A DNA stretch of 61,714 nt, filler included, from Hausera hauseri (GCA_046269625.1; 11 parts of 11 records of this genome joined end to end with filler, not necessarily neighbours in it), one strand, 5' to 3'. Counted from the whole stretch's first letter, positions 37,601 through 50,400 are shown. Notes: a model not told the origin generated them from the sequence alone. Numbers and translations: made by a program.

Positions 37601-40544
37601 CTAGTAATTATTGAAGAAGTTTTTGTCTCGTGTTGGCGTAAATTGTAACGTTTATTGGGCCGCATCTCCGTCTTAACAACTCTTTGTACTAACACGACTT
37701 CTTCTTTTCTATTTTTGTTAATGTACACCGTAACTGGCGTAACTATGGTAACTTCATACGGTCCTCTACCTGTACGAGTCAGTTTTAATGGGGTGCATTT
37801 CTTGGCTACTGGATAATGTACATAAAGCCAATTTCCTTGTTCTAAATCATGCAGTTTCGCTTTTTTATCATACTGCTTTTTAAACTGTTCTTGATATCCT
37901 TGGGATAACTCCTTATCAATTTCGCAACGATTTTGTAGTCGCATTTGTAATACTTCTGCAAAGTTTTGTTCTAAATCTTCGGGATTGACAGTATATGGCG
38001 TCATTCCTAAGTCTGTGGATAACACAGCTTCACGTCCATACATCATGGAAAATGGCGTAAATCCTGTTGCCAGATGTGGGGTGGTATTAATCGCGAATTG
38101 AGTTCCTTCTAAAAATTTGTCTCAATCCTTTTGATCCTTAGCTACTACTGTTGATAGTATGCGTATGACAGTTGCATTCATTCGTTTAACCATTCCATTA
38201 CACTGAGGGTGATACGCGGTAGTAATTAACCGTTCGATTTCGAATGTCTTGGTAATCTTCTCGAAGAGTTCACTGGTGAAATTTCTTCCTCGGTTTGTTA
38301 ATATTTGGTTTGGTGGTCCATATCGGCAGATGATTCTTCTTACTACAGCTTCGGCCAAGGTTTCTGCCTTTTGATAAATTTGCGCTATCAACTCGACAAA
38401 ATAAGTCAATCGATCGATACAAGTCAAAAAATACTTATTGTTTTTATGAGTTGTAGGTAACGGTCCTACAATGTCCATTGACATGGCTTGCATAGGTCTG
38501 TCTGTTACGGCAATTGTTCTTAGCTCTGCCATGTAATTCTTTGTCTTTTTTGTTTAGTTGCACATACTTCACAAGCATTTACCCAATTCTTTACATCGAT
38601 ATAGATACTGGGCCAGAAGTATTTATTCAATATTCTTTCCAACGTCTTTTTCCATGATTGTGCCCGCTAAATAAAAATCATGTTCTGCCATTAAAACTTC
38701 GGTCCGTAAACCTTTAGGAATAACTATTAATTTTCTCCCTTTCCGTTCGTAATACAAAATGTCTTCACTACTCTTGTTATTCAAGATACAGTAGTTGTGC
38801 CCATGTCTGTGTAAGTGTTTCTTTAGTTGTCGTCCTGTCGGCATAATATTCTTTTTAGCAAATTCTATAATCTGATGGATAACTTTATCTTTTCTTTGTT
38901 CGACCGTGATTTTAATGGTTTGTCTGTTGTCAATGGACTTTGACGGTCTATTAATTCCTCAAGCTGAGCTTTCTTTATTACAGTGATTGCACTTGTCTTA
39001 GTTCTTAACCTGGATAGCGCGTTGGCATCAACATGTTTGTTTCCTGGCTTATAGCGAAATTCAATATTGTATCTAAAGATTTCTTCGATCCATCGGTTAA
39101 CCCTGCATGTCAGGTTATTTGCTTGACGTTTTAGAGTCGTGACGGCTTTGTGACCAGTGACAATTATAATTTTCTGCCCGTACACGTAAATGTTGAAGTG
39201 TCGAAGCGCTTCTTTTACGGCTAGAGTTTCTAATTCACTAACGGAAAAGTTTTTCTCGGCCTTTTTCAGAGAACGCCCTCCATAAGCAATTGGGTATTCT
39301 AATTCGTCGTCTTCTCTTTTCTGTGCTAATCCATATCCAATACCTTCCTGACTGGCATCTGTCTTAATTATAAAGGGCAATTAAAGTCTGGGTATCGTAA
39401 AACAGGTTCATTTGTTAATATCTTCTTCATTTCGGCAAACGCTTTCTGTTCGACATCTGTCCACTTCAATTTAATTCCTTTATTAAGCAAACAATATAAG
39501 GGTGCATTTATTTTCGAGTTGTCTAGCACATAAGTGGCATAATATCCACAGAGACCTAGCCAATTCCTTAACTCTTTCTGATTTTGTGGCTCCATGCAAT
39601 CTGATATTTTGTTCAATAGTGAATTATCTGGTCTTGATCCTCCTTCTCCAACTATATGGCCAAGGTAGGATACTGCATTTTTAGCTCATTTACATTTCTT
39701 TGGATTTAATTTTAATCCGGCTTGTTCTAGTCGCATTAATGTGTGCCCAATAACCTTCAGATGTTCCTCATCCGTTCTTGACGCTATAATTACATCATCT
39801 AAAGACGCAAAAGCATGATCTAGTACCATCAACATTATGTTCATCATTCTACTAAAAACAGCTGGTCCAGTGGTAATATCAAACGGCATTTACATTAAAT
39901 TCTTAGATACCATCGTGTGTTTTGAACGCTGTTTTATATCGGTTTTCATCTTCAATTTCTACTTGCCAATATCCGGACTGTAAATCCATTGTGGTAAACC
40001 GTTTTGCTCCTGAGAGCCTGTCTAGAGCCTCTTTTACTGATGGCAGTGGAAAAGAATCTTTCATTACGAGATTGTTTAATGCTTTGTAGTCAGTGCAGCA
40101 TCGATGTTTCGTAGTACCCTTCTTTTTGACCATAAGGATCGGTGAGTACCAAGATATATAACTGGGCCTAATTATATCGGCCTTAAGCATTCGCTCGACT
40201 TCCTTTGTTATCTCGGGCCTTAGTGAATGCGGCGGAGAATACCATTTCAACATCTTTTGGTCTTCAAGATCTATTTCTTCATTCGAACCAGGCTTTTTCT
40301 TAAGTGGAATAGTCAACTTGAATGCTTTTGCCCTGCCAATATTTTCGTCGTCCTTAGCAATAATCGACTTAGAGACATAATAATTCATAGAATTCACAAT
40401 AAGATTCGGGGGAAAACTTAGTTTCAACAAGCGGTGGTAATTCAGGATACTTCTAAGGTTTTTCTTTAATAGTTATAGCTGACACTCTATATGTATCTCC
40501 CAATGTTGTATAAGCATGAAGCTTCACGGGGGTCGGTGCACTAT
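37601..40544 (-). pseudogene. pol: Ty3/Gypsy pol (RT-RNaseH-IN), disrupted
   Basis: SPILMVKKK, DYKALN, DLQSGYWQV, SLDDVII, TDASQEGIG, ELETLAV, MDIVGPLP, TAYHPQCNGMVKR, GRGPYEV. Confidence 0.93.
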
Positions 40545-40644
40545 NNNNNNNNNNNNNNNNNNNNNNNNNNNNNNNNNNNNNNNNNNNNTTAATTAATTAA
40601 NNNNNNNNNNNNNNNNNNNNNNNNNNNNNNNNNNNNNNNNNNNN
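40545..40644. other. Artificial contig linker
   Basis: 44N-TTAATTAATTAA-44N. Confidence 0.99.
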
Positions 40645-41857
40645 TTTTGGAAACCCCATATCTCTCATGATGTTCCATAGCTTTTTATGCTGTACACAGT
40701 CAAAAGCTTTGGTGTAATCAATGAAACAAGTATGAAGGTCTACGTTGCACTCCCTGCGCTTCTCGAAGATGTTTCTCATATTGAAAATATGGTCTCTAGT
40801 GCCCCAACCTTGTCGGAAACCAGCTTGCACTTGATGTATTTCTTTTTCTTCTTTATTTTTCATTCGTTTCGTGATGATGTGTAAGAGGATTTTGCTGGAA
40901 TAGCTTACTAGAGTGACGGTGCGGTAATTGGTGGACAGTTTCAGATTACCTTTCTATGATATAGGAACATATACTTCCATGCTTTGGGCCATTCAGTACC
41001 GTTCCAGATCTTTACATACAGTGCGTTATAGATTCGAGCGCTAGCTTCTTCTCCGGCTTGAATTAGTTCGGCTGGTATGTCATCACAACCTGGTAATTTT
41101 CCTTTTTTTTAAGACTACTGATTGCCCAAATTGCTTTATCTAAAATAGGTTCTGGGTCTTTATCTTCGTCTTTAATTACTGTTTCTGCACCGCTTTTGGC
41201 GTCTCTATACATTTCCTAGCAGTATTATTTTCATCATGCTAGAATGTCTTTGTTTTCTGATAGTGTGTTTCTTTCTTTGTTATCTATTACTTGTAGTTTT
41301 GTTTTAAATTCCCTAGTTAGTGCTTTAATTCCTCTGAACATATCTCCATCTTTTCCTTGTTTTTGAAGATCTTCTATTTTGTTGCATGTATTTGTTATAT
41401 ACCGTTTTTTGTCTTTCATGATTTCTCTTATGATTTTTCTGATTCAGTTTTTGTAGTTGTCCCTTTTTCGTTTTGCCCTTTCTCGTTTTAATTGTCTTCT
41501 TTCTTCTATGAGTCTCCGTCTTTCGTTTGTGGTGTAGTTCTGTGTCTTTTGGATTTTTTTCGGTACATGTTTTGTGCTGTTGAAATGAGGACATCTATTG
41601 CGTACATGGCTAACTCGTCAAGTATCATGGAGTCTTGTATTGTCATTAGAATTTCGAATTTATTTTGTACTTCGATGTTGTATTCTGGTGGTATGATCTT
41701 CAAATCATATCAAACTGGATGACTTCCTTTGTGATTCTTTTAATCTTTACTTTAACATTTGCTATCAGCAACTCATGATATGAGTCGCAATCTGCTCCTG
41801 GCAATACATTTGTGGCTGTTATGCTTGACCTTTCTTTTGTTGCACTAAGATGTAGTC
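40645..41857 (-). mobile_element. RTE-clade (BovB-like) non-LTR retrotransposon fragment (EN end to RT)
   Basis: DYILV..PGADCDSYHELLIA, PGCDDIPAEL, NYRTVTL, QAGFR..GTRDHIFN..CFIDYTKAFDCV.H.KLW. Confidence 0.9.
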
Positions 41858-41878
41858 TGTTATGTGATTGTTATTATC

Positions 41879-44793
41879 AGTAGTATTATAAGGCAATCAG
41901 TGATTTGGCGCGGACAATTGGTTGCGCAATAGGTGGATTTAACAAAAAACTTCGATGGCGTAGCCAGTCGGGGTAAGGGGGAGATAACGTTTTTTGGAAA
42001 TGTTTTAAGGGGGAGACAAATATTGTATATTTTTGTTTTTAATTAGGTAATTAATTAGGTAATTATGTGTTTTAACTAAATAATGTGTGTAATTTTATTT
42101 AAATAATAGTTATGTATAATTATAGTTGATAAAGTTGTTTTCCGAGAGTGCTGGGGTCACCCTAGGTGCTGCGGTCGGCCGCGTCGTCTGGGCGTTCGCC
42201 GGTAATTAAGTAATTGTTTTTAATTAGGTAACTAGGTAATTATAGTATAATTATGGTATAATTATGTTTTGTAATCCTTGATAAGAGCGGGGCAGACATA
42301 CTGTCAGGGTAAGGGGAGTGACAAAGTCTGACTCAGCGGGTTTTTTATTTTTTCATCATCATCATTCTTTTTTATTTTTCATCATCATCATTCTTTTTGG
42401 TAACGTAATTTCTTTTTCTTTAGTTAGACGTGAGACGCATTATGGGGTAATGACGTGTTATGTCTTTGTAGTAAGTTAGGTACTAGATGCTGTATATACC
42501 AGCATTCTGTTTGATGACGTCAGCATCTTGATGTCGTAATTTCTTTTTTTTCTTTAGTTACGTGCAGTAAGGGGTGAAGGGGCTGTGGTGGTAATGTGTC
42601 TTTGTCTCGGGACTAATAGTGTTAGGTCTATGTAGCGTCAGGTGCTGTGTCGTATATGGGTAGTGGGTCAAAGAAGGGTCATATTTTGATGTTAATGTCG
42701 CGGTTCTCAAGGGCGATGATGGAGATTTAAGTCGTCTTCTTCGTGTTTAGGCCATGTCGATCATTAAAGGGGTACATTTTTTCTGTTAAGGGCGTGTTTC
42801 TCAAGTGTGCTGGTAGTGATTTAGGTCGTCTTCATCGTGTTTAGGACAGGTCGGAGCATTAAAGGGGCACATTTTTTCTGTTAAGGTCGGGTATCTCAAG
42901 GATGCGGGCGGTGGTTTAGGTCGGATTCTTCGTGTTTAGGGCCATAGAAGGGTGATATTTTCTGTTAAGGGCGTGTTTCTCAAGGGTGTGGGCGGTGGTT
43001 TAGGTCGGCTTCATCGTGTTTAGGGACATGGAAGGGTCATATTTTCTGTTAATGTCACGGTTCTCACAGGCGATGATGGAGATTTAAGTCGTCTTTTTCG
43101 TGTTTAGGGCCATGTCGATCATTAAAGGGAAACTTTTTTCTGTTAAGGGCGTGTTTCTCAAGGGTGCGGGCGTGGTTTAAGTCGTCTTCTTCGTGTTTAG
43201 GGACATGTAAGTGGGGTATTTTCTGTTAAGGTCACGTTTCTCAAGTGTGATGGTGCTTTAGGTCGGTTTCTTCGTGTTTAGGGATAAGTCGGAACATTAA
43301 AGGAAAACTTTTTTCCTGCTAAGGTCCTGTTTCTCAAGGATGCGGGCGATGGTTTAAGTCGTCTTCATCAAATGTTTAACACACAAATTTAGACGGTTAG
43401 ACGAATGGCTTTATTCACGTTGGTCGTACAGGTGTGTTTTGCTTGAGCGATAGCAAAACAATGGATGGCTTTACCCCTTTGTACGAGGACGAACACTGGA
43501 ATGTTCCACTCGTTGCCGGATAAGTTTGGTAAGAATAATATTTCTGTGTTTTGTTTCGTCTTTCTAAGGAGCGGGCCGATAAATTATTCGTACAGTGAAA
43601 ATTGTTGTTTGAATGTTGGTAGATTTTCACAGTTTTACTTAGGAAAGATAACAACGGTCGGTTCGTCTTTATTAAGGGCGACCGGATAAAAGAAATGTGA
43701 AAATTGTTATTGGAATGTTGGGATGTTGGTAGATTTCAAAGTTTTACTTCAGAAAAATACAACGTTAAGATACCCGTTAGAACTAAAAAATTGTGTGCAG
43801 ATTGACTGGAAGATCAGCCAAATATCAACTGTTTGAAGATGGCCGACTTGACAAAACTGTAAGTAACAAAAATTTCTCATGTTGTAAGTAACAAAAAATG
43901 TAAATTTCTCAGGACACTACACATATTGTATAGTTTGTACTTTCTCGAATGACTAAAACATGTAGTATTTGCCTTATGTTAATAAAATGAACTTACCAGT
44001 GTTATAATAATAAAATGTGTGTGATAAACGTTACAAGATTCAGCCGCCATTTTTGCTTCCACAAAACTCTGTCCTCTGACTTTACCTTCTGCTGTCACAT
44101 GACCCCGCTTCCTGTTCTGCCCGTTCCGCTTGACTTTGTCCTTGCGGCCGCTTCCTACGCCTGACTTCACCCATCTTTCGTGTACACACATACGGCACTC
44201 TGCGCCTCCTGTACTAGCCTGCAACGTCACCTGACTCTGCCCCCTACGCCTTCACCCGCCATCTTGCCTTTGCCGACCCTCGACGCCTGCGACGACTAAC
44301 TCTGCCCCCTTGCGCCTCCACATGACGACACCTGTCTCCCCCTACATCCGCCATCTTCCACTGTCTTTGTCCTCGCCTATCCCCGCCTCTCGACAAGTGT
44401 GTGACATTCCCCCGACCTCTAAATAATTTGCTATATTTCTTATACATTACAACCTCTGCAAAGGAACATGATGATGAAAAACACTAAGTGGGCCGAAACA
44501 AGGTAGACATTAGGAAAACTATATTGGAGTATAGAGCCCCACAAGGAGAGAGGACACCGAGCCCTGTCACTCCTAACTGGTCATAAAAAGAATGATGATG
44601 ACGAAAAACCTGCTACTGGAAGGTCTTGGTCACTAAAAAAACAATAACGCCTTATAAAATGACACTACTACACACGTCCCTCGCTCCATCACCCCAACTA
44701 ACTAGCCATCAAAAGAATGATAATTAAGATCTATAAACATTGTGCTATTTGTTCCAGGCGCAGAACGACTTTTCGCTCATCTTATAACATGGT
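41879..44793. mobile_element. Non-coding element bounded by long degenerate inverted repeats (possible non-autonomous Polinton-like or foldback element)
   Basis: Inverted similarity between 41879-41990 and 44675-44793, and between 42316-42372 and 44585-44640; left end AGTAGT; internal tandem array. Confidence 0.4.
42681..43380 (+). repeat. Minisatellite, about 8 units of about 83-96 bp
   Basis: Core ttttctgttaagg..ttctcaag..ggtttaggtcg..cttcgtgtttagg repeated; long and short variants. Confidence 0.9.
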
Positions 44794-44869
44794 CATCTCA
44801 TATTCTGCTAAGAATATGAAACATGAAACAATATATGAAAAATGTGCACCATATAAATTTTTTTTCCAG

Positions 44870-45082
44870 AAATATAGGAATGGGCGTGGCTTCTATGTCT
44901 GCAAGAATTGGTGGAATTTTTGCACCTTTTGTTCTTGAGCTGAAAGATATCTGGGGTTCCTTTCCGCTTCTGGTTTTCGGGGCACTGAGCATTCTCGCTG
45001 GATTGCTGGCACTTTTTCTACCCGAGACATCAAGGAAACCACTGCCACAAACCATGGAGGATGTGAAAGACAGGGGACACGG
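44870..45082 (+). CDS. SLC22 / organic cation transporter family exon (TM11-12)
   Basis: (R)NIGMGVASMSARIGGIFAPF..PLLVFG..AGLLALFLPET..PLPQTMED; ttccag acceptor and gtgag donor. Confidence 0.9.
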
Positions 45083-45735
45083 GTGAGCTATAATTAAATG
45101 GTCTGTGGAGATTTGCGATAAGACTAGACGAAAGAATACAGATCTGGTGTGGTCGTATTTCTGACTCAGTATATTTGTTCTGCGTTTTTTTTCCTCATTA
45201 AAGGCATTATACATTGTGTTGATAGCATTGAACTTCAAGATACTGAACAGTAATTTCAAAGTAAAATCTCTAGTTTGCCTCTAGTTATCAATACACGCAA
45301 GCCTACATTAAGTTAGAGCTAAATTTTGAAGCCGCCTTTTTCAAGACAGAGCACTGCAGGACGTTTGTGCCCACTACTACTTTATTATTTTTTTTTAACT
45401 AAGTGAACACTTGTACGTGTTGATCTAAAGAGGGCCTGTATGAAGATGCGTAACTTCACGTCAGGCAGGACATGTTGGCAAGACAACAGTTACTAATAGA
45501 TACAGAATTATACATGTCCGTGTCTACAAGACGGTCTGTCACTGATATTTCTAAATGCTGTAATCAGAGTGTTAGCTGCTACTCATGCCAGGTTTGAGTA
45601 CTCGTTTCGTCAAAACAACAAAGATCTCACCACAGTGTACGAAACTCATAGCACCAGAGAGGATCGATGTTGTAGTTGATACGAATGTTCTCCAGTTACC
45701 AGCTTTCAATCTTATTCTTTTCCAATATTCAACTG

Positions 45736-45835
45736 NNNNNNNNNNNNNNNNNNNNNNNNNNNNNNNNNNNNNNNNNNNNTTAATTAATTAANNNNNNNNN
45801 NNNNNNNNNNNNNNNNNNNNNNNNNNNNNNNNNNN
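45736..45835. other. Artificial contig linker
   Basis: 44N-TTAATTAATTAA-44N. Confidence 0.99.
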
Positions 45836-47465
45836 TATGCCAAAGAAGACATATTTATCATGGAAAACTTATATAAAATAAAAACAACATTCCAGACATT
45901 AGACAATCCGGAAGAAGTGCAGTTGACAATCCAAATTTGAAAACATTGACTTTCCGCTTTGTGATTACCTGTTGATTATTTTTTATTGACCTTGTATATT
46001 TATTATTAAAGTTGGCATTAACTATGATCCTACTTGACTTTGCACTTGATCATTTGTTCTTATTTGACAATATGCACTTCTCACTATAATAACTTTCATC
46101 ATGTACATTTTTCTTTTTTTATATCTTTTCGTAGAGTCTAGTTTCATGATGAAAATTTTCCTAGAGAAAATTTTGTTAACGAGGGTAAGATGTTACGAAT
46201 TGAGATATTAAAATATTAAAAAATTGTCTATTGTTTATTAAAAAGCAAAAGAAAATAGCAATTGATTTTAATAATTTTGGCTACAATGTTAAGCATGTCA
46301 AGCAATAGAACAATGTAAAATAATTGATTTTTACTGTGGCAAATTAAGAAGGCACTGCTACAAACCAACAATTGACCACAGAAGAATGTAACTAATAATT
46401 GATTGTTACAACAGACAGCAGCTCAGCACTCTTGATATAGCACTATGAGCAATTAGCAATTCATACACTGCTATAGAAAGCAGTACTTGATTAGACACCC
46501 ACAGACCATTAAATTTCACCCACCTGAGATCAAGAAAAACACCCCCAGTATTCTGAAAATCATCCCCAACAATTACAAAACCAACCATAAGCTTTACAAA
46601 ACTCCTTCAGTAATTTAAATTAATATAAATAGAAAAAAATGAAATAAAAACAGAACAACAAAGAAAGAAAATATTTTTCTAACGCAACAAAAGGTTGTGA
46701 TATTGTGAAACTGAATTCTCCGGAATAATTTCTTGTGGTTTACTTCTCAACTTTGTGTTCGCTTTTGGTTTGATTCCAAAAATACAATTTATTATCGAGT
46801 TTTCAGTCACTCATTACCATAAACCATTACGGTTTGTTATTTATTTATTATTTCGTAAAATAATTCGTGTTGTTCACCCTTCTTCGTGATAAAACAAATT
46901 TTTCCCATTTAATAATAGCGGCAGCGGTCAAAAACACAGTAGACCAACGCTGAACACCAATTTACTAAATTCAAACCTTAAGGTTAATTAATCTTCTTCT
47001 TTAATATTGAATATATAGGAAATTCTAAAATCTTTATATACAAAGTTTAAACAATGGAAAGCACCTACTAAATATTATCTCATACCAATTTTTCGATTTG
47101 AACCACATTACCAATTTTATTTTTACTTGGGATTTAAAATACAGAAGGATTATAACCACTATCTTAATAGATTTCCTAAAACTAACCAAGAAAATATACG
47201 TCTCTTAACACAACATAGAGTTTGTCATAGATCGGAACTGATCATTTGGATAGAAATTCCTAAACACATTGCAAAACAAAATTCCTCAAAATTTGGATAA
47301 ATATCGAAATTGTTTGGAACACAGAACCAACACTTGTAAATGCATAAGTTATGTCTATACTTTCAGTTTTATTTTACATTCTAAATGAAGGATGACCGTT
47401 ACTATATATTGGTATCATGTATAACTTTTGTCACATATTGGTATGTTTTAGATGTTTCTTTGCAC

Positions 47466-49383
47466 ATGTTCTTGTGCCACCAGATTTCCAAGTGTCTGAT
47501 ATCGGTTCGTATAGTGAAGATGAAGAAAACATTATTAGAAATAATGATGATGTTTCCTCAGATAAAACAGAGGCTTATTCCATTCATGAGGACTCAACAC
47601 CATCAGATGATGACTCGTCCAGTAGATAAAGCACTTACAGGTGGACAAAGGGTAGGTTTCGATCAAGCCAAACAGTGCACGATGATGTCACTTTCTGCAA
47701 GCAGATAAACTATCATCAAAGTCAGACTACTTTCTGAAATTATTTACACGACAGCTGATTACAGAAACTACTGAGCATACAAATTTTTATTCAATTCAAG
47801 TATCACAAAGTTGCATAAATGTGTCAGATGCAGAAATAAGTGTTTGTGGATATACAGTTGATGATGGGGAATGTTGCCGTGCCATCTGTGACAGACTATT
47901 GGAACACATTGTCGGTATGATAACATCAAGGATTCTATGTCACTAAAACGTTTTCACAAGACAAAGAGGTACATCCACATTAGGGGCAATACTGGCTCAT
48001 CTGATGATGCACTTCTAAAAATGCTCACTGTGCTTGAAAGCATCAGAGCTCAGTACAATATCATTGAAAATGAAACCAGTATGTCAGATGATGAAATGAT
48101 GATACCATACAAAGGACAAAAAGCTGTTGCTTTGCGGCAGAATATTCCTAGCAAACCCGTGAAGTGGGGTTTTAAAATATTTGTACGTTCTGGTGCTTCA
48201 GGGAATGTGTATGATATGTTGGTGTATACTGGAACAACAACATTTAATGGTATTCAGTTCGGCCCAGCAGCAACCAATCTCGGAGTGGGTGTTTTTGGGC
48301 AACTTTTTCTGCTCATTTGACCTTACTCGTCATCTAAAGTAAGCAGTACACATTGACAATTTGGGTACCTTGCGCAGTATTAGCATTCGCAACTGTCCAA
48401 TTGAAGATGAAAAAACACTACAGAAGCGTGGACGAGGAATTTTTGATTGTGCTGTGGATATACGATGGGTTGACGATAAAACTGTAACTCTTGCCAGCTC
48501 ATTTGTTGCAGTGGAACCTGTTGGGATAATGAAACGTTACAGTAAGGAAACCAAAATCAAAGCAGATGTACCATGTCCGGCGACTGTAACTCAATATATC
48601 AAACAAATGGATGGAGTCGATTTGTCGGATATGCTTATTGCACTATATCGAACTCCAATAAAGTCAAAAAGGTGGTATCTTGGGATTTTTGCTCAGTTGT
48701 TGGACATTAGTGTAGTCAATGCCTGGCTACTGTACAAATGAGATTATGCTGGCTTATTTGAAAACGAAGAAGCTACCAGCAACATCCCTCGTATGTTGTC
48801 TTTGAAGGACTTTAGGTTACAAATTTCATCTACCTTCATTAATGCAACTAAAGTTGATCAGCGTGGACAAAATAGTTTCGCAACTACGCATGTTCCAAAA
48901 GAGACGATTTTCAAAGCAGCCAACACCAGTGGGAGATGATGCAAGATTTGATGGTGTGGTCATGACATTGTAAAGACTGTGAAGGGTAGATGCCGAAATT
49001 GTACGAAAGGACAAACCAGGATGAAGTGCTCGAAATGTGGGGTACGGTTGTGCGTTGCACAGAGCTGTAATTGCTTTGTTGATTACCACTATAAAAAGTG
49101 ATCGACAAGTAGTATGCGACCGCTGTGAATGTGTCTGTATATCGTACAATAGTGGACTAGTTGTGTGGTATTTGTGTTACACGATGACTATTTTGAAATT
49201 TATGATTACTGCGTTGCTATTATTCGTAATTTAGGCAATGTATCCAAATGGATGCTCGCTGTAAAATCCATGTTCTTGTGATACAAAAGAATTGAATCAG
49301 AGATATTTTTATTTTAATATGTTCAAAACAAAAATGTGTTAAAAATGTTCGTGCATATGTAAGTCTCTTTGCCACGTTAAGGG
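47466..49383 (+). mobile_element. piggyBac (PGBD3-like) transposon, disrupted
   Basis: DEMMIPYKG, KPVKWGFKIF, GTLR, WVDDK, MDGVDLSD, NAWLLY, RFDGVGH plus C-terminal Cys cluster; right end AAGGG followed by TTAA at 49384-49387. Confidence 0.9.
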
Positions 49384-49877
49384 TTAATTTATTACGTTTC
49401 CAAGTATTACCAAATAATTATAGTTATTAATTTTTACAGCTAGCAAGAGTATGCTCAAAGAAATATATTTTCTGAAGCTAGTGGCTTAAATACGTTGTGA
49501 TAAGTTTATAGTCTAAGGTTTATTGGTCTTACGACCTTAAATTTATGCGCTTTACTCAGAAGCTTGAGTTCTCTCTTTGCCTCAAGCTTAACTTACTTTA
49601 ACAGTAATCAGCAACCTGTGGGTTTGCCGATATCCATATACTACTTTATTTAATTAGTCTTAGTGAGTGAGCTTCGTCAGGAGGTACACCGACGTTACTC
49701 CCCCTTAAGTAGTAGATTTTAAACAACCGTCCTGAAGGGACGGTATACCAAACAGGGCCCTTAAGTTGAATTCTATTTGACCTATTCAATACTGTATTAT
49801 GATCTATTTAAATCCGTTAAAAAAATAAAAATTAATCGAATATAAATCGTTTAATTGGTAATAAATGTATAACTCAA

Positions 49878-49977
49878 NNNNNNNNNNNNNNNNNNNNNNN
49901 NNNNNNNNNNNNNNNNNNNNNTTAATTAATTAANNNNNNNNNNNNNNNNNNNNNNNNNNNNNNNNNNNNNNNNNNNN
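49878..49977. other. Artificial contig linker
   Basis: 44N-TTAATTAATTAA-44N. Confidence 0.99.
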
Positions 49978-50009
49978 TTTTTAATTAGTTTTTGATTTGA
50001 ATTTGGACT

Positions 50010-50126
50010 AAAGAAATAAATCGTTAAATTTTGGTTTAACTCTGTTTTGCCGTTTTTCTTATATTACTCTCCTATGGAATTATTAGAAATTGTCATATAT
50101 TCAAGCGAATTACAATGGTGTCAGAA
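50010..50126 (+). repeat. LTR-end-like direct repeat plus tRNA-Leu-type PBS (second copy 50457-50570)
   Basis: About 93 bp nearly identical to 50457-50549; followed by ..TACAA TGGTGTCAGAA (50116-50126). Confidence 0.65.
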
Positions 50127-50169
50127 TAAAACTTCTGAGAATGTATTCGCCCATTATCGAATAGCTGAG

Positions 50170-50400
50170 AATTTATTCAACAATTTGGCTGTTCTTTATG
50201 GAAAACAGAAAAAGTTTCAAGAAGCTGAAACACTTTGCAAAAGATCTCTTGATCCGTGAGCAACTTTTGGGACCTGATCACCCAGATGTTGCCAAACAAC
50301 TGAATAACTTGGTTTTTCCTTGTCAGAATCAGTGTAAATACTCAGAAGTGAAGAACTATTATCATCGGGCGATCGAAATTTATTCTAATTCGTTTGGTAA
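50170..50400 (+). pseudogene. KLC: Kinesin light chain TPR fragment
   Basis: NNLAVLYGK..EAETLCKRSL / IREQLLGPDHPDVAKQLNNL..CQNQ.KY.EV..YY.RAIEIY; one frameshift; no intron. Confidence 0.88.

Noticed and set aside
42354-42396. CATCATCA resembling adenovirus ITR ends
   Set aside because: Internal trinucleotide repeat with no viral genes nearby
42681-43380. CRISPR-like array
   Set aside because: Whole units are homologous with no unique spacers; no cas genes; eukaryotic context
41853-44794. Solo LTR TGTTAT...ATAACA with near-TSD tagtc/tggtc
   Set aside because: The LINE does not resume after 44794 and the TSD has a mismatch
46696-47330. Possible LTR, degenerate PBS (tagcggcagcgg) and gag remnant; also a candidate piggyBac left TIR near 46876
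   Set aside because: Single copy with weak similarity, and no TTAA-CCC end; not supportable
49725-49762. Possible hammerhead ribozyme or hairpin (ctgaagggacggtataccaaac)
   Set aside because: The core deviates from CUGANGA...GAAA and stems I and III could not be built convincingly
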